DNA from: Verrucomicrobiia bacterium
GTDB lineage: Bacteria > Acidobacteriota > Terriglobia > Acidiferrales > UBA7541
NCBI GenBank assembly: GCA_035568155.1
Contig: DATMOS010000051.1
Location: forward strand, 24,156 to 88,155
DNA: 64,000 nucleotides
Reading direction: 5' to 3'
Shown here: positions 29,001 to 38,000 of the stretch, piece by piece
How positions within the stretch are numbered: position 1 is the first letter of the stretch
How the letters are laid out: each line of letters opens with the position of its first letter
Program-made: the position numbers and the translations under genes
Notes under the pieces: model-generated
Told to the model about the DNA's origin: nothing
The model's database searches: none
Seen by the model: only the letters and a program-made list of their open reading frames with translations

Positions 29001-31878
29001 GCTCTTCAAGTAGCGCCCGCGAAGCCGCAAGCAAGCGATCTTTGCGCAGAAGCGCAGCCTCTACCGGAGTTGTGGCCTGCACCGAAACTGCCGTTGGCTG
29101 GGACGCTTGAATCTCGGCGTTTGTCGTAGTCGCCACATTTCCGACGACTGGCGTGGAAAACTGTGTGACGGAAGACGGGCTGCCTGCAACCTTAATTTCC
29201 GATTCCGGCCAATAACGTTTGCGTTCGAACGGATACGTTGGCAGCGCCGCGCGCCGCCTGCGTTCATTGGCATAAAATTGCTGCCAATCCACGCTGACGC
29301 CGTTCATCCACAGCCGCCCCAATGTATCCAGTAGCCCGTGCGGCTCCTGCTCGCCAGTCATGGCCAGCGAAGCCAGCACCGTTTGCTCATTTGCTTTGGA
29401 GGGATGTTGTCGCGCCAAGGCGCTCAGCGTTTGTCCCGGCCCTACCTCAAGCAACACGTGCTTCGAATCTTTCATCAACTCCGCAGCGCCATCGGCAAAG
29501 CGCACCGTCTGCCGAACGTGTCCCGCCCAATATTCCGGGCTCTTCGCTTCCGCAGGTGTAATCCACTTCGCGGTGACATTAGAAACATAAGGGATTTGCG
29601 GTGCGCCGAATTTTATTTTCCGCAGCAATTCGGTAAACGGAGCCAGCACCGGCTCCATCATCGGAGAATGAAACGCGTGGGACGTCTGTAATCTTCGTGC
29701 CGCAATTTTCTTTGTCGCGAGCTCTTCTTCGAGCTTGCCAATCGCTTCGTTCGAACCGGAAACCACGCACAGGTTCGGAGAGTTGATAGCCGCAATCGCT
29801 AATTCCGGATTCAACAGCGGAAGCACTTCTTTTTCGGGCAGCCGAATTGCCAGCATCGCACCACCCGGCTGCGCTTGCACCAGTGCGGCCCGCCGCGCAA
29901 TGAGCGTGAGCGCGTCTTCCAACGTAAATACTCCCGCGAGACAGCCCGCTACATACTCACCGACGCTGTGGCCAATCATTGCGGCTGGCTTGATGCCCCA
30001 CGACATCCACAATTTCGCCAGTGCGTACTCAAGCACAAATAAGCCCGGCTGCGTGAATCGCGTCTGCTTTAGCAATTCGTCAGACTTTTTATTCGCACCC
30101 TCGGCAGGAAACACCACCTCACGGATGTCAGCTTTCAACTCTGGCTTAAGCAACTCCGAGCAGTGATCCACTTCCGCCCGAAAAGTTGGCTCGGTGCGAT
30201 ACAGTTCCGCACCCATGCCCGCGTATTGCGCGCCTTGCCCGGGAAACATGAAAACCACCGGATGATCGACCGACTTATGATGATGGGTAAAAACCCGCTT
30301 GGGATCCTTGGCCTCCAGCGCCGCCGCGCCTTCAGCCGCATCAGTGCAAGCCATCACGCGACGGTGAGCAAATTCACTCCGCCCGGTTTGCAGTGTAAAA
30401 GCGGCATCCGCAAGTTTGCTGAGTTGGCCAGAGCCATCGCTCCGAGCAGCAATGGTCTTCAAATGTTCGGATAAGTTCTGTGTGGCGCGCTCCAGCGCAT
30501 CTCGCGTTTTAGCCGACAACACCAGCAATTGCCATGGCCGCGACGGCCCAGACGGCTCAGTTTGAGGCGCTTCCTCCAGCACCAGGTGTGCGTTGGTTCC
30601 ACCAGATCCAAACGAACTAATGCCCGCCCGGCGAGGCCCGTCTCCCTTGCTCCGCCATTCTTGCAGTGAAGCATTTATATAGAACGGCGTCTTCTCAATC
30701 TCCAACTTCGGATTTGGTTTCGTGAAGTGCAGGCTCGCAGGAATAATTTTGTTATGCAGCGCCAGCGCCGTTTTAATCAGCCCCGCCACACCCGCCGCCG
30801 CATCCAGGTGCCCAATATTCGATTTAACCGAGCCGATGGCGCAGAACTGTTTGGCCTGCGTGCCCATCCGGAAAGCTTTCGTTAATCCCGCCACTTCGAT
30901 GGGATCTCCAAGAGGTGTTGCGGTCCCGTGGGCCTCCACATAAGTGATGGTTTCCGGCTCAACGCCTGCCAGCGCCTGAGCCATGGCCACCGCTTCGGAC
31001 TGGCCTTCCACTCCCGGCGCGCCAAAACTTACACGCTGCGATCCATCGTTATTTAATCCAACGCCTTTAATCACCGCGTAAATCTGGTCTCCGTCTTTAA
31101 CGGCATCTTCCAGCCGCTTCAAAACCACCACGCCTACGCCGTTGCTGAAGGTTGTGCCCTCAGCCTTAGCGTCGAATGTTCGCGTATGCCCGTCTGGCGA
31201 TCCAATATTGCCTTCGTCGTAGTAATAGCCGCGCTGTTGCGGAACTCTCACGGACACTCCGCCGGCTACTGCAACATCGGATTGAAACATCAGCAATGAT
31301 TGGCAAGCCTGCCCAACGGCCACCAGCGAAGTAGAACAAGCCGTCGCGACATTCAGCGCCGGCCCCTTCAGTCCCAGCTTGTAAGCCACCCGCGTCGTTA
31401 GATAATCTTTGTCGTTTCCGAACATCACCAGGTCTGATCCGACCAATTCCATCAGCTCCGGCCGAGGCTCCAAAGCGTGGTGCACGTAGGTATTTGAGCT
31501 GGCACCCGCGAATACGCCCACTGCTCCAGCCATCTTGTCGGGCGCATAGCCGGCACGTTCCAGCGCCCCCCAGCATGCTTCCAGAAATACCCGCTGCTGC
31601 GGATCCATGACTTCCGCTTCTTTCGGGTTCACTCCGAAAAAAGCCGCGTCGAAGCAGTCTGCGTCCTTCAAAACGCCGCGCGCCGCGACATACTGCCCGC
31701 GTCGCTTTAACTCCGCAGCATGCAAACCAGATGCAGCTAATTCGTCATCGTTGAAGAAGGAAACGCTCTCACGACCCGCGACGAGGTTCGCCCAGAATTC
31801 CTCGACGCTCTCCGCTCCGGGGAAGCGTCCGGCCATTCCAACGATCGCTATGCCTTCTAATTGCAGTTCGTCGTTCAT
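23017..31878 (-). CDS. Hybrid PKS-NRPS: KS-AT(malonyl)-ACP-class III aminotransferase-C-A(Ser)-PCP-TE
   Basis: KS TACSTS/EAHGT/NIGH; AT GHSVG and HAFH; ACP GLDSL; AMT DEVVTGFR and YGKVIGGG; C HHIVCDG; A code read as DVWHFSLVDK; PCP GGHSL; TE GFCFG. Confidence 0.92.
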   Translation of the reverse strand: MNDELQLEGIAIVGMAGRFPGAESVEEFWANLVAGRESVSFFNDDELAASGLHAAELKRRGQYVAARGVLKDADCFDAAFFGVNPKEAEVMDPQQRVFLEACWGALERAGYAPDKMAGAVGVFAGASSNTYVHHALEPRPELMELVGSDLVMFGNDKDYLTTRVAYKLGLKGPALNVATACSTSLVAVGQACQSLLMFQSDVAVAGGVSVRVPQQRGYYYDEGNIGSPDGHTRTFDAKAEGTTFSNGVGVVVLKRLEDAVKDGDQIYAVIKGVGLNNDGSQRVSFGAPGVEGQSEAVAMAQALAGVEPETITYVEAHGTATPLGDPIEVAGLTKAFRMGTQAKQFCAIGSVKSNIGHLDAAAGVAGLIKTALALHNKIIPASLHFTKPNPKLEIEKTPFYINASLQEWRSKGDGPRRAGISSFGSGGTNAHLVLEEAPQTEPSGPSRPWQLLVLSAKTRDALERATQNLSEHLKTIAARSDGSGQLSKLADAAFTLQTGRSEFAHRRVMACTDAAEGAAALEAKDPKRVFTHHHKSVDHPVVFMFPGQGAQYAGMGAELYRTEPTFRAEVDHCSELLKPELKADIREVVFPAEGANKKSDELLKQTRFTQPGLFVLEYALAKLWMSWGIKPAAMIGHSVGEYVAGCLAGVFTLEDALTLIARRAALVQAQPGGAMLAIRLPEKEVLPLLNPELAIAAINSPNLCVVSGSNEAIGKLEEELATKKIAARRLQTSHAFHSPMMEPVLAPFTELLRKIKFGAPQIPYVSNVTAKWITPAEAKSPEYWAGHVRQTVRFADGAAELMKDSKHVLLEVGPGQTLSALARQHPSKANEQTVLASLAMTGEQEPHGLLDTLGRLWMNGVSVDWQQFYANERRRRAALPTYPFERKRYWPESEIKVAGSPSSVTQFSTPVVGNVATTTNAEIQASQPTAVSVQATTPVEAALLRKDRLLAASRALLEELSGYDLSQVDPAVSLLELGLDSLLLTQAAQVFHRKFGVPITFRQLMEELGSLQQIAEHLDATLPADAFAPPATPAQLPTTATTQQTVAAGNLGAGNIPTSILEQILQQQQALTQQVLQLMGRAPAQAAATPSPVSTAMPAAATTPAIPMVVKSEVKSHGPFKPIDRAADMAMTAEQTAALKELIARYTKRTAESKKLAIKNRPILADPRSVGGFKQLWKDMVYPIFTTHSDGSKVWDVDGNEYVDFVMGFGASIFGHRPPFVVEAVKKQLDLGFEIGPIQPIAGEVAELVREFTGMQRVAFTNTGSEAVLAATRVARTVSGRDKIAVFAGAYHGIFDEVLFRPLTVNGETRTAASAPGVPASAVSQVIVLDYGNPQSLDILRARGSEIAAVLVEPVQSRRLDLQPREFLHELRKVTKETESALIFDEVVTGFRVEPGGAQAYFGVRADLATYGKVIGGGISIGAVTGDPKYMDALDGGQWNYGDTSFPEVGVTFFAGTFVRHPLALAAAKAVLLHLKEKGPELQKNLTARTARLAEQLRAIIEEFQAPYHLSQFSSLMQLAFPSDQKYAALLHYLLRERGIHIWDNRAFILTTAHSEADLAKLLTAFRESLQAMVEAGFLPPPGSDSEKTATNRTQLADTPAKARQIVPVAAAAGVGQFPLTEAQKEIWLAAQMGGEAALGYNESLKLEFHGNFNAELFRAATQQIVQRHPILLASFSSDGQWQKIEPIAKLDVPLLDFSAKPKPAQELQRLIEKEVSSSFDLTQGPLLRVQIVRLSDHRHVVVWTAHHIVCDGWSGGLIVSELAKIYSALKQGAAPVLEAPESFRQYAITNQGDSEEARDASKYWVKQFADIPTPLELPTDRLRPAVRTAQASTLKRDLPEPLHLLMKKTAGQQRTTLVVLLMAALKTFLYRLTGQTDLVIGLGVAGQAITGQNCLVGHCVNLLPVRSRLEPSGSFQQNLAAVKNSVLDAFDHNQSTIGGILQEIKVPRSPGRPPLVEVIFNIDRDPGAVEFEGLKFECERNPKRALHFDLFFNFVEGPHSLYLECDYNTDLFDASTIKRWLGHLQTLLESIVAAPTQAIDRLPILSEVERHEITVRWNDTATKYDDVETLQNWFELQVDKTPEALALTSEDQHLTYRELNRRSNQLAHHLKKLGVGPDVRVAVCAERSIEMVVALMGILKAGGCYMPLDPDYPSNRLALMLEDAQPPVILTQETLLPRLPLHEVPAICLDSDWARIASEPNAKLGVQSTRNDAAYVIYTSGSTGKPKGVVNIHEAIVNRLQWMQDAYRLTAADRVLQKTPYSFDVSVWEFFWPLVTGASLVMARPGGHRDPEYLAQVISQKKITTLHFVPSMLRLFLESAKLPKQSSIRQVFCSGEELGADLQRMFFAASDAELHNLYGPTEAAVDVTYWACRRDDQRSFVPVGRPIANTQIYILDHNLSPVPIGIGGELHIGGIGLARGYLNRPELTAERFIPDLVSNRKGARLYKTGDLSRYLPSGEIQYLGRIDHQVKIRGFRIELGEIGAVLAKHPGIRGCVVTAREDRPGEKMLVAYFEAQGHEAPETSELRDYLKKELPEYMVPAAFVCMDRLPLSPNGKVDTKALPAPEQRSSEGKEGFLAPRDSVEQVLAQLWAKVLKLQRVGLNDNFFDLGGHSLLAVRIIVEIENIYGRRLPLATLLQAPTVGALSEVLRKENWKPSWSSLVPLQPGGSKPPLFLIHSHGGNVLEYYPLANHLDKDQPVYALQARGLDGNIPKNESLEQIASAYLKEIRTLQSEGPYFLGGFCFGGLVALEAAQQLQAAGQKVALVVMMQTTHPSAPAFAPGSSSANRWWHRAAKRIDLERDNLLQRGFGYFGDRLRRTRDVMQARTQIAFDKKMSNGNGHKTRASMAYILELLGREHDRAFMNYVPRPYNGDVLLFRASKQLPGLLTDPSLGWKPVIKGHLEIRELPGHQQNILVEPRVARLADELQTRLHAHVEATANGTDFLAEAVLVE

Positions 31879-31935
31879 TCACGACCTAAGACTGCTTCGC
31901 CTAGTATGTGCCTAAGCCACGCCGGAGTTACCTAG

Positions 31936-31951
31936 TGCAACTTTTGGGCCA
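31936..31951 (-). promoter_or_regulatory. Candidate sigma-54 (-24/-12) promoter
   Basis: Minus strand TGGCCCAAAAGTTGCA has GG-N10-GC spacing and lies about 58 nt upstream of the PKS-NRPS ATG. Confidence 0.45.
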
Positions 31952-32081
31952 CTCCAACGGTCCTTACTCCATGATTCCATTAGACTTAAGCGAGATTCAG
32001 GTCCAAATTTCTTTCAATCCCGAGGCAGGTGGATAATAAATTCCCTAAAATGCTCTTTGCACCCCATGGTAGCCTTTCTGG

Positions 32082-35000
32082 TCACTTCTTGGTCGGCGCC
32101 CGCATCTGTGATAGAGCCTTTTTCTGGCGTTGCGCTCGGTCGCGCCACTGCTCGCCCTTTTCTACCGTTTCGCCCGCCGGCTGGCTGAGGTGCCGCGCCA
32201 AGGCCCGCACGGTCGGGTGCTCGAACAGCGCCACAATCGGAAATTCCGAGTTTAGCTTTTCCCGCAGCAAACTGTGCATTTGGACCAAAAGCAGCGAGTG
32301 GCCGCCAAATTCAAAAAAATTCGTCTCCACGTTCACTTGCTCCAAACCAAACATTTTCTGCCAGACCGACGCGATGTTCTTCTCCATCTCCGTTTGCGCC
32401 GGCACGAAATTCTGCGCTTGCACGTCTGCTGCAGATCGCCGCGTTTCTGCAACCGGGACTGGGCGCGGCGACAACAATGCTTGCAACTCACCGACCCGCT
32501 TGTCAAAAAACACCGGCGCAAGCTCAAGCAGAATCTCCAGATCCCGCTTCCATCGTTCTATCGTCGCGGCCGCAATACTCTTGCGATCGTAAATCAAAGT
32601 TAGGCGCAACCGCTCACCCGGCTCCGCCAGTAACAGCACCGGATAGTTGGTATGGACCGGCCCGACAAAATCCTGAATCTGAATTTTTTCACCGAGTCGT
32701 CGAGCTGAGTCGTCAATCACGTAATTCTGAAACACGATTAAACTGTCAAACACCCGGTAGCGCCACGGCACTTCGCTGTTGCGTTGTATCTCCATCAACG
32801 GAGTGAACTGGAACGCATTTAACTCCAGAAGCCGGGCGTGAAGTTTGCGAAAAAATTCGCTGCCAGTTTCATTTTCATTTATTTCGACGCGCACCGGCAG
32901 GTTATTTGTAAACGGTCCGACAATCGATTCCGCGCCGGGCAAATCCGTGGGCCGGCCGGAGAACGCGGCTCCCGCCACCACATCGCTTTCGCCGCTTTGC
33001 CGGCTCAAGAGCAGCGACCAGACGCCCTGGACCAGCGTGTTAAGGGTCACCTGCAGCCGTCGCGCGGCGCTTTGCAACGCGCTTGTTGCATCCGCCGAAA
33101 GTTTAATTACCTTTTCCGGATACCGCTCGCCTCCGGTATCAACGGGTCGCTCACTGATCAGCGCGGTGGGCTTGCGGAATTCCGCGAGCTGCGTGTGCCA
33201 GAATTTGGCGGATTCCACGGTCGATTGCCGCGAAAGCCATTCCAGGTAATCGCGGTACGGGCGAGGCGCCTCGAGTTGCGGAGCAGCATTTCGGGCATAC
33301 GCTTCATAAAGCCTGCTGGCATCGCGGAAAACCAGTGGCCACGACCAGCCATCGAGCAGCATGCCTGGCACACTCCACAAAAACCTCCATGTCGTGTCTT
33401 CAAGTCGTACCAGCTTGAAGCGCATCACTGGCGCATGCGTCAAGTCCAGCGTTTCACTGCGATCTTGCTTCAGCAACGCGTTCCACCGCTCCTGCTCTTG
33501 TTCGCGTGGCGTGCCGCGCCAATCTTCTACCGTCCATGGCGGACGTACGTCGCGGTGGACGGTCTGCAGCGGTTCGCGCAATCCTGCACTCAATACGCTT
33601 GAGCGCAAAATCGTATGCCGACCCACCGTCTCGTTCCACGCGCGTTCGAACGCTTCCGCGTTCAAATCCCCTTTTAAACTGCAATGCCATTGATCGAAAG
33701 CAGCTTGCGCAGAGCCCTGATTTGCGGAAAAGAACAGCGTCTGCATCGGCGACAACGAGTAAATATCTTCGATCCCCGGCTGCTCAGCCAACAAGCGATC
33801 CAGTGAAGCTTGGTCAATTTTCGCCAGCGGAAAATCCGAAGGGGTGCGACCGCCGGCATCAGGCAACTGACAGTGAGCAATCACTTCTCTTAGCGCTTCT
33901 GCAAAGCCGTCCGTAAATTCCTGAATTCTCTTCGCATTATGAAGCCCAGAGCTGTAAGCAAACTCAAATTCCATCCGGCCATTCCTCACCAGGCTGTTTA
34001 TCTCGAGTGCGTGCCGCCGTTTCTGCTTGGGGCTGTGCCAGGGTCCGCTGGATTCCGCTGCAAAGCGCAGAAGTTGCGATCCCGCAACGGCGCTATCGAA
34101 TTGCCCCAGGTAGTTGAAAACCATCGCTGGTTCGGGCCGCGATTTAAGTGCGCTATCGCTGCTCAAGTAACGAAGGATTCCATAACCTACACCGCGCTGG
34201 GGAATCCGGCGCATTTGTTCTTTCACGGATTTCAGCGCCTCACCAGGCTCCCAATTGTCTCCGGAATCGTTCAACTCCAGACGCACAGGGAAAATCGACG
34301 TGAACCACCCGACCGTTCTGCTGACGTCCACCTCTTCAAATAAGTGTTCCCGGCCATGCCCCTCCAAATTTGTATACAACGTTCGACTGCCGGTCCATTG
34401 TGTCCAAGCACGACCCAGCGCGGTCAGCAGCACGTCATTAATCTGCGTGTTGTAGACTGCCGGAACGCGTTGGAGCAGAGCTTGTGTCGCATCTTCATCC
34501 AGCGTCACCGTGATCTTTTTTGCGTTGCCTTCCGTGTTTGTCGATGCCGCCGCGTCCATCGCTAAAGGCTTCAACGCTTCAGTAACCGCGCCGGGTTCTG
34601 TGACCGCGGTCCAGTAGGACAATTCCTGTTTCAACAAACGTGAATCAGCGAGCGTCTGCAAACGCTCGGCCCAAGTTTTAAAAGAGGCCGTCTTTGCTGG
34701 CAGTGCCACTCTTTGCTTCGCTTTAATTTGCTGGTACGCGGTCTCCAAATCCTCCAACAACGGCCGCCACGAAATTCCGTCGACCGCCAGGTGATGAACC
34801 ACAAAAAGCAACCGCCCGGGCTGTCCGACGCCTGACTTGAAATACGCCACACGCCAAAGCGGCCCGTGTTGCAGGTTGAGGCTGGCTTGTTGTTTCGCGG
34901 AATTCGATTCGATAGCGGAACGCTGTTCCGGCTCCACAAGCTTGGAAATGTCTACCCATTCCAGCGGCGACTGCTCTGAAGAGCTGGAGTAAAACATTCT

Positions 35001-38000
35001 CCAGGCGCTATTTTTCCGCACCGCCCGCAATCGCAGCGCGTCATGATGCTTGCTCAATTCCGCAAGCGCCTGCTCCAGGACTACGCGATCCGGATCTTCT
35101 GCCACGGTAAATAGAAAGGCCTGGTTGTAATGGTGCAAATCCTCCAGGTTTTGCTCGAAAAACCATTTCGCAATAGGCGTGAGAGGCACGTCGCCAGCAA
35201 CTTCTACTGCGGGACCATCTTCAGTTACCGCCACACCCGCGACGCTCGCAAGAGATGCAATGGTTTGATTCGCAAACAACAATTTAGGTGTCAGCTTTAA
35301 CCCTTCGCGCCGGGCCGCTGAAATAATCTGAATGCTCAGAATCGAATCGCCGCCAAGCTCAAAAAAATTATCCTCGATACCGATATTTTCCACCCGCAGC
35401 GCTTTTGACCACACGGCCGACAATGTTTTCTCCGCCGCCGTTCGCGGCGCGATGTAGCGCCGAGTCAGTTCAGGCCGCTGGCTCTCCGGAGCCGGCAAAG
35501 CTTTGCGATCCACCTTGCCGTTTGTCGTCAAGGGCAACTTTTCCAAAAACACGAACGCCGCCGGCACCATGTAATCTGGAACTGTTTTCCTCAGATGCTC
35601 TCGTAGGGCGCTTACTTCAGGTGGCGGCTGCGAGCTGACGAGATAAGCCACAAGTCGCTTAACGCCCGGTTCATCTTCGCGTGCAATGACCACCGCTCCG
35701 CGTACGGCCGGGTGCTCCATGAGCACAGACTCAATTTCTCCAGTTTCAATGCGGAAGCCACGAATCTTGACCTGATGATCGATGCGTCCCAGATACTCAA
35801 TATCTCGCCCCGGTAAAAAGCGCGCCAAATCTCCCGTTTTGTACAGTCGCGCGCCGTTACGCCCGGTAATATGATCCGGAATAAACCGCTGAGCGGTAAG
35901 CTCAGGACGCCGCAAATAGCCGCGAGCAAGACCTGTGCCGCCCACGTGCATCTCTCCAGCCACCCCGATGGGGACTAGTTGCCCGCTATCATCCAGGATA
36001 TAGATTTGTAAATCGGGAATCGGCACGCCAATCACGCTGCCGGAGTTCAAGTCATCTTTTGAAAGCGGCCGATACGTGACGTGCACCGTTGTTTCCGTGA
36101 TTCCGTACATATTTACAAGGCGCGGCCGTTCTTCCCCATGGCGTTCGAACCACGGCCGCAAACTCTGCATTTCCAGCGCTTCGCCCCCAAAAATAACATA
36201 ACGTAGCGCTAATTCTTTCTGGCCCACCGCTTCTTCCGCTTGAATCAGTTGGCGAAACGCCGAGGGCGTCTGATTCAAAACCGTCACCTTTTCGCGCGCG
36301 AGCAGTTCGTAAAAAGCTTCCGGCGACCGACTCACCAGGAAAGGCACCACCACAACTCGCCCGCCATAAAGCAGCGCGCCCCAAATTTCCCAAACACTAA
36401 AATCAAATGCGCACGAGTGGAATAGTGTCCAAGTGTCCTGCTCGTTGAAATGAAACCAGCTTTCCGTAGCACGCATGAGCCTGGCTACGTTGCGATGTGT
36501 GACTATGCAACCCTTCGGCTGGCCGGTAGAACCCGAGGTGTAAATCACATAGGCCATGTGATCAACTGTTACCCGCGTCTCGGGATTTGTTGTTGGTTGC
36601 GACCCGAGGAATGCTTCCGCATCGTCCAGAAAAATTGTCCGGGCTTGATGTTGTGGCAGACTCGCCGCCAATTTCTTTTCCGTGAGAAGCACCGGCGCCT
36701 GGGCATCTTTCAGCATGAAAGCCAGCCGTTCTGTCGGATAACTCAGGTCGATGGGAAGATAACCGCCCCCAGCTTTCAATATACCCAGAATGGCAATCAC
36801 CAAATCCATCGAGCGATCAATGCAGAGACCCACCAGTACGTCGGGAACAAGCCCACAGGCAATCAGATAGTGCGCGATTTGATTGGCACGCTGGTTTACT
36901 TCGCCATAGGACAAAGTTTGGGAGTCGCATGTAAGCGCCGGGGCGTTAGGCGATACTGCAGCGTAACGTTCAAACCAATGATGCAGGCACTCCACATTGT
37001 TGAAGTCAGCGCCATCGGCATTGACGAAAGAGAGCATCTGATGCATCTCTTCTTCGTCCATCATGGAAAGCGCCGCGAGAGAAGTTTCAGGAAACTCACA
37101 GCTTTGCGCCAACAAATGAGTGAAATGACCCAGCATGCGTTCCGCTGTTTCAGGCAGGAACAAATTCTTGTTAAATTCGAGTGCCAACTGGTAGCCATCC
37201 GAGGCAGGCGTTACTTCGAGCACTAAATCGAACTTGGCGCCACCATTGTGCAAAGGAAGGGAGGTGACCTTTAATCCGGCAGGGTTAAAGACCTTGTCGA
37301 TGTCGCTTTGTAAAACCAGCATTACCTGAAAAACTGGCGAATACGTTAAATCACGCGCGAGATCGAGCTCGTTCACCAAATGATCAAATGGCAAGTCCTG
37401 ATGAGCCAGTGCTTCCAGCATTTTGTCGCGTGTCAATTGCAAGTGCGCCTTAAACGACATTTTTTTATCGACCAGTTCGCGAATGGCTAGCGTGTTCACG
37501 AAACAACCGATCAACTCCTCTACGGCGCTATGCGTCCTGCCCGCCACCGGTACCCCTATGACGATGTCTTCTTGGCGACTGTAACGGTGTAAAAGTGTCT
37601 GGAACGTGGCCAGCAAAACCGTGAAGGGGGTGCAATGTTCGCGCTCCGCCAATTGCTCGAGCGCCCGGCCTGTGGCCGGAGAAATTTGTCTTCGTACGCA
37701 GCCTCCCATGTAAGTCATCACCGACGGACGCGGCATGTCCGAAGGTATTTCTAATAGTGCCGGCGCTCCGCGCAATTCGTTTTTCCAGTAGTCCAAATCG
37801 CTCTGATAGTCGCCGGCGGCGAGTCGCGCACGCTGCCATTCGGCGTAGTCTGCGTATGACGTGAGAAGGGGTTTCCAGGAAGGTTCGTGGTCCTTCGACG
37901 CCGCGTTGTAGGCCTCGGAAATATCCCGCAGCAAAATGCCCATCGACCAGCCATCGGAAACGATGTGATGAACGTTTAGCACCAGGACCTGATCGTTCGG

